Source: an uncultured Planctomycetaceae bacterium (GTDB lineage: Bacteria > Planctomycetota > Planctomycetia > Isosphaerales > Isosphaeraceae). From it: a DNA stretch of 64,000 nt. The position numbers and the translations under genes are program-made. How positions within the stretch are numbered: position 1 is the stretch's first letter; every line of letters starts with the position of its first letter. Positions 10,813 to 21,378 of the stretch are shown here, piece after piece. The DNA lies in NCBI GenBank assembly GCA_963833985.1, contig CAWIAD010000001.1:2368001-2432000 (forward strand), given 5' to 3'. Under the pieces are notes generated by a model. The model did not search any database and was not told the DNA's origin. It saw only the letters and a list, made by a program, of their open reading frames with translations.

Positions 10813-11723
10813 CGGCGATCTGGTCAATCTCAGCACGCCGCGGCGCGGAGGGCTGCGCGCCCAGGCGGGTCACGGAGATGGCCGCGGCCGCACTGGCGAA
10901 GCGGACCGCCTGCTCCAGCACCTGGCCCTCGGCCAACGCCACGGCCAGTGCCCCATTGAAGACGTCGCCCGCCGCCGTCGTGTCCACCACCTGCACCGCG
11001 AAGGCGGGGATGAGCCGCCGATAACGCTCCCCGGCCACGAATGCCCCGCGCTCGCCGAGCGTGATGATCACGGTCTGCACCCCGCGCGCCAGCAACTTCT
11101 CGGCGGCCTGGGCGGCAGAGCCGTCATCCCCGGCGCGGACGCCCGTGAGCAGCTCGGCCTCGGTCTCGTTGGGCGTGAGGATGGAAACGCACCGCAGCAG
11201 GTCGTCGGCCAGCGGCTGCGCCGGCGCGGGGTTAAGGATGACCGGAACCCCGGCACCAGCGGCGATCTCGGCCGCGGCCTGGACCGTGTCGAGCGGGGTC
11301 TCGAGCTGCATCACCAGCACAGCGGCCGACTCGATGAGGGCGCGTGCATTCTGGACGTCCGACGGAGCCAACCGGGCGTTGGCCCCGGACGCCACGGCGA
11401 TGCTGTTCTCTCCACTCCTGGCCACGAAGATGAGGGCGACGCCCGACGGAGCGGCCTCGTCGCGCGTGACGTGCCGCACGTCGATACCGTCGGCCACGAA
11501 GCCAGCGACCGCCTGCTCGCCGAAGACGTCTCGTCCCACGCGGGCGATGAACCCCACGTGCCCTCCCGCGCGTGCCGCGGCAACGGCCTGGTTGGCTCCC
11601 TTGCCGCCGGCCGCCGTGACGAACTCGCCTCCCAGGATCGTTTCCCCGGGCGCGGATCCGCTCCAGCTTGATGATCATGTCGGTGTTCGAGCTGCCCACG
11701 ACGACGATCGGCTTGCTTGCCAT
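10799..11723 (-). CDS. rbsK: Ribokinase, apparent frameshift ~11650
   Basis: 'IVVVGSSNTD', 'GGKGANQAVA' (frame after the shift), 'MQLE', 'LNPAP', 'TPNETE', 'DTTAAGDVFNG' and 'GAQPS'. Confidence 0.93.
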
Positions 11724-11804
11724 GAATGAAACCTCGCTCACGGAACCGTCCCGTCAGGAACTCTCCTGCGCCTCAGAGCTTGCGGGCAGGCACGTGGGGC
11801 GCGC

Positions 11805-12815
11805 TCAGAGCTTCGATGCGATCAGGATCCCCAGCCCCAGCAGATAGAAGGCGAACATTGCGGCCAGCAGCTTGCTGGTCCCCGGCGGCGCGCCGCGAAA
11901 CTCCTTCCAGATGAAAACGCCCCAGAAGGCGCCAATCATGGTCGCCCCCTGGCCCAGCCCGTACGACAGGGCTGCTCCGGCGGAGCTGGCCGCGATGATG
12001 CTGAAGCTCATGCCAATGTTCCAGATCACGCCTCCCAGGATGCCGATCGCGTGCAGCCGGGCATTGCCCTTCGTGAAGTAATCGCCCAGGGGGACCGGGT
12101 CGCCGGTCAGCGGCCAGATCATCATGATCGTGTTCCAGAGGAAGTTCGAGACAAGCAGGCCCAGCGAGAACAGGACGACGGCGGTGTAGGGACTGAGCTT
12201 GCCGGGTTCCAGGGACTGGGTGGACGGGTCGATCTTGCCCATCGACTGGGCGACGAAGCTGTAGAACCAGCCCATGAGCAGCCCCGCCGTCACCGAGATG
12301 ACGATGCCCTTCACGGGCGTCTTCTGCTCTTTCCCCGCCAGCCGCCGGTACGCCAGGGCATCGAGCAGGATGGCCACCATGATGCTGCCCACGCCCAGTG
12401 CCAGCATCGGTACGTTGCCGGTGGGCGTGACCAGGTAGGTGGTGATGACGCCCAGCACCAGGGCCAGCCCGACGCCGACCGGAAAGGCAACGGCCAGTCC
12501 GGCAATGTCGATCGCCGCGACCAGCAAGATGTTCGAGAGGTTGAAGATGACACCGCCCAGGAAAGCCGAGCCCAGCCACTTCCCCTCGGCCTGGCGGAGA
12601 TCGGCAAGGAACGGGCGGCCATGCTGCCCCATGCTGCCGAGCGTGAAGGCCAGCACCAGGGCCAGCAGCAGCACGCCAATGGCGTAGTCCCAGTAGAAGA
12701 GCTGGAACCGCCATTCCTTGCTGGCCAGCTTCTGCGTGTTCGCCCAGGAGCCCCAGCAAAGCATCGTGATGAAGCACATCGTCACGGCCAGGGCATACGA
12801 ATCCACGATCAGCAT
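11805..12815 (-). CDS. GRP-family / ureide-permease-like DMT sugar transporter
   Basis: About 10 hydrophobic segments, 'CWGSWANTQKL', 'FQLFYWDY' and 'WGVFIWKEF'. It is co-oriented immediately upstream of rbsK. Confidence 0.8.
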   Translation of the reverse strand: MLIVDSYALAVTMCFITMLCWGSWANTQKLASKEWRFQLFYWDYAIGVLLLALVLAFTLGSMGQHGRPFLADLRQAEGKWLGSAFLGGVIFNLSNILLVAAIDIAGLAVAFPVGVGLALVLGVITTYLVTPTGNVPMLALGVGSIMVAILLDALAYRRLAGKEQKTPVKGIVISVTAGLLMGWFYSFVAQSMGKIDPSTQSLEPGKLSPYTAVVLFSLGLLVSNFLWNTIMMIWPLTGDPVPLGDYFTKGNARLHAIGILGGVIWNIGMSFSIIAASSAGAALSYGLGQGATMIGAFWGVFIWKEFRGAPPGTSKLLAAMFAFYLLGLGILIASKL

Positions 12816-13143
12816 GGAAGGACCTCTCACTCTGTGCGCACCCGATCCGACCGGGATGGGCGACCTGGCAACCCGGCGGGATGCCCGCCTCGAACAGGGA
12901 ACGTACCACATGCGTGCGGGCCGCTGAAGTGGCTGCCGTCCGCGAGCGACGGGTGGAACTCCGCCGGCCGAGCCTGGATCGAGGGCCGCCGGACGCGGCC
13001 GGAAACGCAGGCCCGGACCGCGGCTGGGTGGACGATGGAATCAGCCCGGACCGTGGGCTAGGATGAATGGCTCATCATCCGGTGCGATCCGGCCTTGCCG
13101 TACTGACCGGAGGTTGTGACCTACCGTCCTCGAGGCTCCCTCC

Positions 13144-15409
13144 ATGACAACCACCTGCCTGCTCCTCGCCCTTGCCGGGGCATCGTTCGGTATGATCATC
13201 GGCGACGACGCGCCTCCGTGGAAGCCCGCCAGCGGGCCGCTCATGACGCGGTGGGCCGCCCAGGTTGACCCCGCGCGTGCACCCGGACTATCCCCGGCCG
13301 CAGATGACCCGTCCGGAATGGGTCAATCTCAACGGCCTCTGGGACTATGCGATCGCTCCCCGTCAAGACGGCCGCCCGGCCGCGTTTCAGGGACAGATCC
13401 TGGTGCCCTTTCCGGTCGAATCAGCCCTCTCGGGGGTGATGAAGCCGGTCCAGCCCGACCAGCGTCTCTGGTACCGGCGGACCTTCACGCTGGCCCCGCC
13501 CGCTCAGGGCAGGCGCTGGCTGCTGCACTTCGGGGCCGTCGACTGGGATGCCGCTGTCGTGCTCAACGGCAAGACACTGGGCACGCACCGCGGGGGCTAC
13601 GATCCCTTCACGTTCGACATCAGCAATGCGCTCGATGCCAGCGGCACCCAGGAGCTGGTCGTCGCGGTCTGGGACCCGACTGACAAGGGCGGCCAGCCGC
13701 GCGGCAAGCAGGTGCTCAAGCCGGGCGGCATCATGTACACGGCCAATACCGGCATCTGGCAGACCGTATGGCTGGAGCCGGTGCCCACGGTGCGGATCGA
13801 CTCGCTCGATATCGTACCCGACGTGGATACCGGCACGCTGCGGCTGACTGTCCGGGTGGCCGGAGGCATGGCCGAGATCGACATCGCCGCTCGGGCGCTC
13901 GAGGGCGGTCGCGAGGTCGCCGCGGCCAGCGGCAAGCCGGGAATTCCGCTCAGCCTGAAGATCCCGGCTCCGAGACTCTGGAGTCCCGCTCAGCCCCTTT
14001 TGTACGGTCTGAAAGTGGCCATCCGGGGGGGCGACGAGGTCACCAGCTACTTCGGCATGCGCAAGATCAGCCTGGCAAAGGATGAGTCCGGGATCAACCG
14101 GCTCTTCCTCAATGGCAAGCCGCTGTTTCAGCTCGGCCCGCTCGACCAGGGGTGGTGGCCCGACGGACTGTACACGGCGCCTACGGACGAGGCCCTGCGG
14201 TACGACCTGGAGATCACGCGGCAGCTTGGCTTCAACATGATCCGCAAGCACGTCAAAGTGGAGCCCGACCGCTGGTATTACTGGTGCGACACGATGGGAC
14301 TCCTGGTCTGGCAGGACATGCCCGCCGGCGACAACAAGAACGACGCGGCGAAGCAACAGTTCGCCCTCGAGCTCGAGCGGATGATCGACGCCCGGCGCAA
14401 CCACCCCAGTATCGTCATGTGGGTGCCGTTCAACGAGGGCTGGGGCCAGCACGACACCCCGCGCTACGTCGAGTGGATCAAGCACCACGACCCCACACGG
14501 CTGGTGAACAACGCCAGCGGCTGGACCGACACGCATACCGGCGACGTGTCGGACATGCACAACTACCCCGGCCCCGGTATGCCGCCCACCGAGCCGCACC
14601 GCGCCGCGGTCCTGGGCGAGTTCGGCGGTCTCGGCCTGCCGCTCGCGAACCACGTCTGGGTGAACAACAAGAAGAACTGGGGGTACCGTTCCTTCCAGGA
14701 CCAGGGATCGCTCTCCCGCGCCTACCTGGAGCTGATCGGCCGGCTGCGCGGCCTGGCCGTGCTCGGCCTGAGCGCGGCGGTGTACACCCAGACCACCGAC
14801 TGCGAGGTGGAGGTGAACGGACTGCTGACCTATGACCGCGCCGTGGTGAAGGTCCCTGTGGAAGCCGTTGCCGAGGCGCACAGGACGCTCTACCTCGCGC
14901 CGCCGGCCATCAAGGTGTTGCTGCCGACCGCGGAGACGGCTCCTCAGACCTGGGCCTATACGACAAAACCGCCCGAGACCGGCTGGAACACTCTCGATTT
15001 CAACGACTCGGCCTGGCTCAAGGGGACAGGCGGCTTCGGGACCAAGGGAACTCCTGGTGCCATCGTGCACACCGAATGGCAGACCGGTGACATCTACCTG
15101 CGCCATACCTTCGAGCTGGGAAGCGATCCGGTGCAAGCCCCGCAGCTCTCGCTGCACCACGATGAAGACGCCGAGGTGTACCTCAACGGCAAGCTCGCCG
15201 CCAGGCTCGACGGCTACACGTCTTCGTATCAGCTCATCCCTCTGGTCCAGGATGCGGCCAGTGCGCTCCGGCCAGGACGAAACGTGATCGCCGTGCATTG
15301 CCGCCAGACCAAAGGCGGCCAGTACATCGACGCGGGGCTGGTGGACTTCATCGAAAAGGAGAGAGCCAAGGCACCCGTTCTGCTGCGGCACTCGCGCGCC
15401 GAACCATGA
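13144..15409 (+). CDS. Glycoside hydrolase family 2 protein with C-terminal galactose-binding-like domain, apparent frameshift ~13275
   Basis: 'LMTRWA', 'YPRPQM', 'NLNGLW', 'LHFGAVDW', 'GIWQTVWLE', 'LDQGWWPDG', 'RKHVKVE', 'FNEGWGQ' and 'GEFGG'. Confidence 0.88.
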
Positions 15410-15535
15410 CCACGGGACTGTTGCACGCGGCCTGCGTTGCTCGGGCTCCAGGGAGATCGTCCCTCAGTGCGACTTTCCCTGGTGAGCAAGCATCCTGACC
15501 GCGCCCTCGGTGAACCGATTGAGGGTGAGCCACCT

Positions 15536-18247
15536 TCACTGGTACCGCAAGATTCGCGTGTCACCGCGCTTCATTCGCAGCTCAACCCGCAACCCATGTC
15601 CCAGGCCCTCGCCGGTCAGAGCGTCGGTCAGGCTCCAGCCCGCCTGGCCGCCGGCAGCGCCGGCAGGTGCGGGTAAGGTCAAGGTGACCGGTCCGTCTTG
15701 CGAAGCGTGCAAAACCACGAACGAACCGCGGGCGTACACGATGCAGTCGGTCGCGCTGAACAGGTGCACGCCGGCCGCATGGGCCGCGATCCGCAGCAAC
15801 TCGGTGGTCAAGCCCGGAACGCCCACGAAGAACCGAGCGCCTTCGCGGCCGCCTTGCCGGGCCACGGCGGCAGCGCCATCCGGATAGATGGCGAGGATCT
15901 GATCGGCCGCGATCGCACGCACCGAGAAGAGGGGGCGTAAGGGCTGATCGACGCCGAACGAATGGTTCAGTCCCTGTTGCTTACCGGTCGCGGTGGGAGC
16001 GGCCATCGCCTTCTGCCCGGGACACAGAGTCAGGTCGAAGCCCGTCAACTCGTGCATCGCCCGCGGCGAGGGCCGGTCGCCGTCGAAGTAGCCGGGAGCG
16101 TAGCACCAGATGACCGTGGAGCCACGGAGCCGCTCGGCCAGCGTATACCGCTGGCTGGCCGTCAGCCGCCAGGCATTGAGCACGACGAAGAGCTTCGCGT
16201 GCACTTTCCCGGCCAGCACGTCGTCGAGCAGATACTGGCCATAGGGCGCGCCCATGCGTCCCAGGGCCGCGCGGACCTCGTAGATGCCGGGCCTGGTCAC
16301 GCCCGTGCCTTCGGGTGTGATCGTCCGCATGGCTTGCTCGTCGATCACGGCCGCGACCTCGGGCCGAAAGGCCGACGGGTGCTCCAGCAAGGGAAGATCG
16401 ATCGCCTCGAGCCGCTTCATCGCTTGCCACATGCGCGGGTCGTTGAACCAGCCGGTGGCTCCCAGGTCCATCCACCAGGTTCCAAAGTTGCGGACGGCCT
16501 CCTGGCCGACGTTCCGCAGCAACTCCCGGTTCGTGTCCTCCAGGGTGCTTACCGCGTCGAGCGCGCCGGGAAAGTCGCCCGTGCCCAGGTAAGTCCGGGT
16601 GTCGTCCTCATTGAGCCACATCTTGCCCGCCAGGGCGACGCTTTCGGCCGCGGTCATCGACGGGGCACTCTGGCCCAGGCCCCTATCAAAGTACGAGATC
16701 GGCGAGCAGAGGATGTCGATATCGGCAGATTCCAGCACACGCCGGAGTGCGTAGTGGCCGGCCACCGGCGGGCCGTTGGGGACGGCGGCGAACTCGAAGA
16801 GGTAGCCGTAGAAGAACACGACGAGCTTGCGTCCGCCGGAGGCGGAGCGCACGGCGTGCGCCAGGGAGGCGGAGCGCACGGCGTGCGCCAGCGCGCAGAC
16901 GCAGTCGCTCATGGCCTGCTGCTGGAACTCGGCCCAGTCGATGAGCGCCCGCTCGCGCGTGGGGTCACGAAAGACGCCCGCCGGCGAAGCATGCCGCAGG
17001 GCAGCCGAAGGCACGAGCGCGGATCGCAGGGTCGCCGCGGGATCGTGCCATGCCGCCTGGAGTGCCTGATCGGCTCGATAGCGGTCACCCAGCCAGAGAC
17101 GCCAGGCCGACTGGTCGGCGGAAGCATAGCCCGAGAGCGGCTGTGCCCAGGTTCCCTCGTAGAACCACTCGCCGGTGTTTTGCCCGCAGGGATGGTAGCC
17201 GGCCACGTGGTCGCCGAACTTCTCTTCCAGATGAGCGACCAGGGCACTCAGCCGCTCGGCGGCGTCGCGGCGATAGACCGGTGAAGCGACCACGGCCAGC
17301 CCGCGCTGGCCGTCCTCCCATTGCATCACCACGTCCTTGTGCGAGTTTTGCCACCAGCCTGGCGGCGTCATCCCCATGCGCGGCAAGAGCAGGGCATCGG
17401 GGTTGGCCTCGAGTACCTGCTCGCAGGCCTGGTCCACGGCGCTCCAGTCGGACGGCTCACCGGGCCGGGGCCAGGGGAGCTCGATCGGGAAGCTGACGAA
17501 GTTCACTCCGGCACCCGCGGCCAGCTTGATTTGCGATTCGAACGGACCGGCCGGCCCTCCGAGATGGACGAACGTGGCACCTGGCCGGTAGAAGCCAATC
17601 GTCAGCTCGCGCTCGGGCGCGGCGGACACCCAGAAGCTGACGCGGTAGCGATGCCCGCGCGTCAGGTGCAGGTCCGCGTGATGGTAGATGTGAAAGTCGG
17701 GCCACTCGCCGCCGGGAGGCGCCTTGAGCTCGACATGCAGGGCCGCCGAGCGGTCCTGGCCTGCGCCCTGCCTGACTTCGACCCGGCCGACCGTGTTCTG
17801 CTTCCCGGGTGGCCAGACGGTCCAGTCGTGCGGAAACGACGAAGGTCCCTCTTCAAAGCCGCGTCGCGGGATGATCTCCGAGCCATTGTCGAGATCGACC
17901 ACGCGGATGTCATCGAGGTCGATCGACCCCGGCCGGGTCCCGAAGCGGAAGTGCATCGTCGCGGTCTCGGCGGTACCGCTGGCCCGGAACTCGAACGAGA
18001 CCGCGCGGGGTCCCGCGGGAACGCCGATGGGCGCCGAGCCGGGTATGCCGAAAAACATGCGCGCCCGCACCGGCTTGCCGTTCACCAGCAACCGAGGCGC
18101 GCCGGCCGTCGTATCCACCCGGACCGTGAGGCCGCCCGCCAGACCTTGAGAAGTGAGGAGCATCACCATCAGACTCATCCCGCAGCAGCGAACAGAGCGG
18201 TGAAGAATCGCGGGCGGCATCGCCCGGAACAACCAGGAAGTCGTCAT
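15536..18247 (-). CDS. Putative beta-galactosidase-like glycoside hydrolase (GH42/clan A-like) with carbohydrate-binding domain
   Basis: Signal peptide, a CBM4/9-like segment, 'GQNTGEWFY', 'ILCSPISY', 'WLNEDDTRT', 'WWMDL' and a class I GATase-like trimerisation region. Confidence 0.6.
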   Translation of the reverse strand: MTTSWLFRAMPPAILHRSVRCCGMSLMVMLLTSQGLAGGLTVRVDTTAGAPRLLVNGKPVRARMFFGIPGSAPIGVPAGPRAVSFEFRASGTAETATMHFRFGTRPGSIDLDDIRVVDLDNGSEIIPRRGFEEGPSSFPHDWTVWPPGKQNTVGRVEVRQGAGQDRSAALHVELKAPPGGEWPDFHIYHHADLHLTRGHRYRVSFWVSAAPERELTIGFYRPGATFVHLGGPAGPFESQIKLAAGAGVNFVSFPIELPWPRPGEPSDWSAVDQACEQVLEANPDALLLPRMGMTPPGWWQNSHKDVVMQWEDGQRGLAVVASPVYRRDAAERLSALVAHLEEKFGDHVAGYHPCGQNTGEWFYEGTWAQPLSGYASADQSAWRLWLGDRYRADQALQAAWHDPAATLRSALVPSAALRHASPAGVFRDPTRERALIDWAEFQQQAMSDCVCALAHAVRSASLAHAVRSASGGRKLVVFFYGYLFEFAAVPNGPPVAGHYALRRVLESADIDILCSPISYFDRGLGQSAPSMTAAESVALAGKMWLNEDDTRTYLGTGDFPGALDAVSTLEDTNRELLRNVGQEAVRNFGTWWMDLGATGWFNDPRMWQAMKRLEAIDLPLLEHPSAFRPEVAAVIDEQAMRTITPEGTGVTRPGIYEVRAALGRMGAPYGQYLLDDVLAGKVHAKLFVVLNAWRLTASQRYTLAERLRGSTVIWCYAPGYFDGDRPSPRAMHELTGFDLTLCPGQKAMAAPTATGKQQGLNHSFGVDQPLRPLFSVRAIAADQILAIYPDGAAAVARQGGREGARFFVGVPGLTTELLRIAAHAAGVHLFSATDCIVYARGSFVVLHASQDGPVTLTLPAPAGAAGGQAGWSLTDALTGEGLGHGLRVELRMKRGDTRILRYQ
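16838..16891. repeat. Exact in-frame 27-bp tandem duplication inside the GH gene (LAHAVRSAS x2)
   Basis: GGAGGCGGAGCGCACGGCGTGCGCCAG at 16838-16864 and 16865-16891. Confidence 0.9.
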
Positions 18248-18458
18248 CACAGGTTCTCCTTGCATCACGTGGTTGGCCCCGTCTCCGGTCTACACCAAGG
18301 ACTCCCTTGTGTCACGCAGGCTCCGGCCCGGTTACCATGAAGCGATCGTGGTCCCACCGGAACACGCCGCCGGGCAGCACCCACGCCAGGCCACCGTGTT
18401 TCAGAGCCGTGTCCCCCGCGCCGCTTGCGGAGCCATCGGGCTTTACCGGAGATGCATC

Positions 18459-21236
18459 ATGACCCTCTGGCCGCGCCGCACCGCCGTGCTTGTGCTCTTG
18501 CTACTGAACCTGCCTGGAAGAGGCACACGCGCTGACGACCACGCGCTGGCCGCGCGGTTCGCCGAGCCGCCCGCCGAGTCGCGGATTCTCAAGATCATCC
18601 ACTCCTGGCCCGATGCCGCAAAGGACCAGGATGAGCTCATCCGCACCCTCTCGCGGCAGGCGTTCGGGGGCGTCGTCTGCAACGTCTCGTTCGACAATTA
18701 CCTCGAGAGTGCCGAAAAGTGGCGATCCTTCGAGAGCGCCGTGGCGCGGGCGAAGCAGGCCGGCTGGACGCTCTGGCTGTACGACGAGCGCGGGTATCCT
18801 TCGGGCAATGCGGGTGGACTCGTGCTCCGCGGGCATCCGGAATGGGAAGCCAGCGGGCTGCTCCTCGCCGATGCCGGAACCGAGGGCGCTGCGGTCACGG
18901 TTTCCGTCCCTCCCGGCCAGCTCTGGATGGCCGCCGGGTACCCGGTTCGCGACGGTCAGATCGACCCCGAGAAGCGGATGGACCTGGGCACGCAGATCCA
19001 TGACGGCCGGCTGCACTGGCAGCCTCCGCCGGGCCGCTGGCACGTCCTGGTGGTCACCCGCTACCGGCTCTACGAGGGAACACACGCGGTCTCGAATGTG
19101 TCGGGCACGATCCCCTGCGCCAACCTGCTCATGCCCGAGCCGACCTCGCGCTTCCTGCAAGTCACGCACCAGGCCTACGCGGACCATTTCGGTCCGGACC
19201 TGGGCAAGATCTTTGTGTCCACGTTCACCGACGAGCCCTCGCTCATGAGCGTGCTCATGAAGCCGATGCCGTACCGGGTACTTCCGTGGGCGCCGGCGCT
19301 GCCGGGTGAGTTCGAGCGCCGCCGCGGCTATGCGCTCGAGCCCGTCATCGCCGACCTGATCCTGGACGCCGGCGCGGCCGGCCGCAAGCACCGCTACGAT
19401 TACTGGCAGACCATCGGCGAGCTCGTGGCGGAGAACTACTTCGGCCAAATCCAGCGCTGGTGTCGCGCACACGGCATCCTTTCCGGCGGCCACCTGCTGA
19501 TGGAGGAAAGCGTGCCGGCGCACGTCCCGCTGTACGGCGATTTCTTCGCCTGCGCCCGCCGGCTCGACGCCCCCAGCATCGATTGCCTGAGCAGCCTGCC
19601 ACCTGACGCCCCCTGGTACATCGCCCGTCTGCTCGCCAGCGCGGCGGAACTGGAGGGGAAGACCGTCGTCATGAGCGAGACGTCGGACCATGCCCAGCGC
19701 TACCGGCCCAGGGGGGACACGCGTCCGGTGCGGGACGTGACCGAGGCGGAGATGCGGGGCACCTTCAATCGGCTTTTCCTGGGCGGCGTGAACTGCATCA
19801 CCAGCTACTACAGCTACGCCGGCCTGAACGACGAGGCCATCCGCCGGCTGAACGCTTACGTGGGCCGGTGCGCCACCCTGCTGCGCGGGGGAAACTCGGC
19901 AGCCGAGATCGCGCTGGTGTACCCCATCCAGAGCGTCTGGCCCAGGTTCGTGCCGTCGCACGAGTGGACGAAGGAGGCCCACGGCGCTGCCAGGATCGAC
20001 CGGAGCTTCCACGCCGCGATGGATGCCCTGTACGCCAGCCGGCGCGAGTTCAGCATCGTGGACGCCCGCGCGATCTGCGAGGCGGAGGTCACGAACGGCA
20101 GCATGGTGCATCGGTCAGCGCGCTGGCGTGTGATCGTCCTGCCCGGCGTGGACACGCTACCCAGCGCGGCCTGGCAGAAGCTGGGCCAGTTCGTACAGAG
20201 CGGCGGAGTCCTCATCGCGCTGGGGTCCCTTCCCGCGAACAGCGAACGGGAATTCCCGAGTCCGCGCGTGCAGGCCCTGGGCCGGACGATCTTCGGCACG
20301 GTGGCCGGCAGTCCCAGCGCCTGGGCAAACCCGGCCGGCGGCGGAGGGATCTTCCTTCCGGACGGCTCCGAAGGGTTGCTGGCCCTGGCCATCAAGGGCG
20401 TGCTGCCAGCCGATCTGACCCCCGATGATCCCCGGGCGCCGCTGCGTATGACCCACCGTCGCGTGCAGGGGAAGGAGCTGTACTTCGTGATCAACGACTC
20501 CCCGCAAGCCTGGCGCGGTCGGTTCCGCATCCCCGCTCGCGGCCAGGCGGAGCGGTGGGACCCGGGCAGCGGTAAGACCGAGCGTTTCAATCCGGCTGAT
20601 CCGATCTCCGTGTCGATCGAACCGTACGGAGCCACGTTCGTTTGCTCTCCGCAAGAGCCGTCCCCAGCGCAGCTTCCTCTGAAAAGCGGCTCATTGCCAG
20701 GCCTCGAGTTGCGGCACCTGCCGGAAGCGTCGGCAGAAATTCCACACGGGCAGTACGTCACCGCGCAGCTTCGTCGCGTGGACTCCTCGGATGGGCCGGC
20801 CGCGCAACGTTTCGAGAACAGGTCAACGATCACGAGGTCCCGCGTGGATACGTTCTCATTCGTGACCTTCCATTACCCCGAGCCGATCAACCTGGCCAGC
20901 GACGATTGCCTGGCCGTCGACACCTGGGTTGCCGCAGCGCAGCGGTCGCACCAGGACATCCTGGTCATCTTGCAAGTTCAGGGAGGAGGAGATTTCGTGG
21001 CCGCGACGGGGCTGACACTGGGTGATCCCGGCCAGCGGCGAGCGATCGTCGCGCTCGATCGGTTCACTATGCTCAATCCCGGCAGCCGCGGCGCAGACCG
21101 GCTCGACCTTACGCGCATCAGCGCGATTGGCATTGGCTGGGGGGGATATCTGGGCGAGAAGGACGAGGAGGTGCGCTTCCAGGTGGCGCCGCCACGCGCC
21201 GGTCAGATCGCGGTCAAGGGCCTCACAGGCCGATGA
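18459..21236 (+). CDS. GH106-like (alpha-L-rhamnosidase-related) glycoside hydrolase, secreted
   Basis: 'FAEPPAESR', 'LWLYDERGYPSGNAGG', 'FTDEP', 'GGHLLMEE', 'PSID', 'VMSE' and 'LYFVIN'. Confidence 0.65.
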   Translation: MTLWPRRTAVLVLLLLNLPGRGTRADDHALAARFAEPPAESRILKIIHSWPDAAKDQDELIRTLSRQAFGGVVCNVSFDNYLESAEKWRSFESAVARAKQAGWTLWLYDERGYPSGNAGGLVLRGHPEWEASGLLLADAGTEGAAVTVSVPPGQLWMAAGYPVRDGQIDPEKRMDLGTQIHDGRLHWQPPPGRWHVLVVTRYRLYEGTHAVSNVSGTIPCANLLMPEPTSRFLQVTHQAYADHFGPDLGKIFVSTFTDEPSLMSVLMKPMPYRVLPWAPALPGEFERRRGYALEPVIADLILDAGAAGRKHRYDYWQTIGELVAENYFGQIQRWCRAHGILSGGHLLMEESVPAHVPLYGDFFACARRLDAPSIDCLSSLPPDAPWYIARLLASAAELEGKTVVMSETSDHAQRYRPRGDTRPVRDVTEAEMRGTFNRLFLGGVNCITSYYSYAGLNDEAIRRLNAYVGRCATLLRGGNSAAEIALVYPIQSVWPRFVPSHEWTKEAHGAARIDRSFHAAMDALYASRREFSIVDARAICEAEVTNGSMVHRSARWRVIVLPGVDTLPSAAWQKLGQFVQSGGVLIALGSLPANSEREFPSPRVQALGRTIFGTVAGSPSAWANPAGGGGIFLPDGSEGLLALAIKGVLPADLTPDDPRAPLRMTHRRVQGKELYFVINDSPQAWRGRFRIPARGQAERWDPGSGKTERFNPADPISVSIEPYGATFVCSPQEPSPAQLPLKSGSLPGLELRHLPEASAEIPHGQYVTAQLRRVDSSDGPAAQRFENRSTITRSRVDTFSFVTFHYPEPINLASDDCLAVDTWVAAAQRSHQDILVILQVQGGGDFVAATGLTLGDPGQRRAIVALDRFTMLNPGSRGADRLDLTRISAIGIGWGGYLGEKDEEVRFQVAPPRAGQIAVKGLTGR

Positions 21237-21378
21237 TCTCTCTGCCGGCATGCCGGGAAGCCGGAACACACTTGTTTCGCTACGGGCAATGCGTTCCACT
21301 TCAAGAGTACGGGGGCAGCCTTGCCCGCACTGGCCCACGCACAGCGAGCCGCAAGCTTCTGAGTACCAGGGAACTGTC

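Noticed and set aside
13421..15391. Long antisense ORFs (e.g. 13421-15391, 18501-20111, 21412-23016, 31838-33538)
   Set aside because: They are shadow frames of real genes in high-GC DNA and carry no recognisable motifs.
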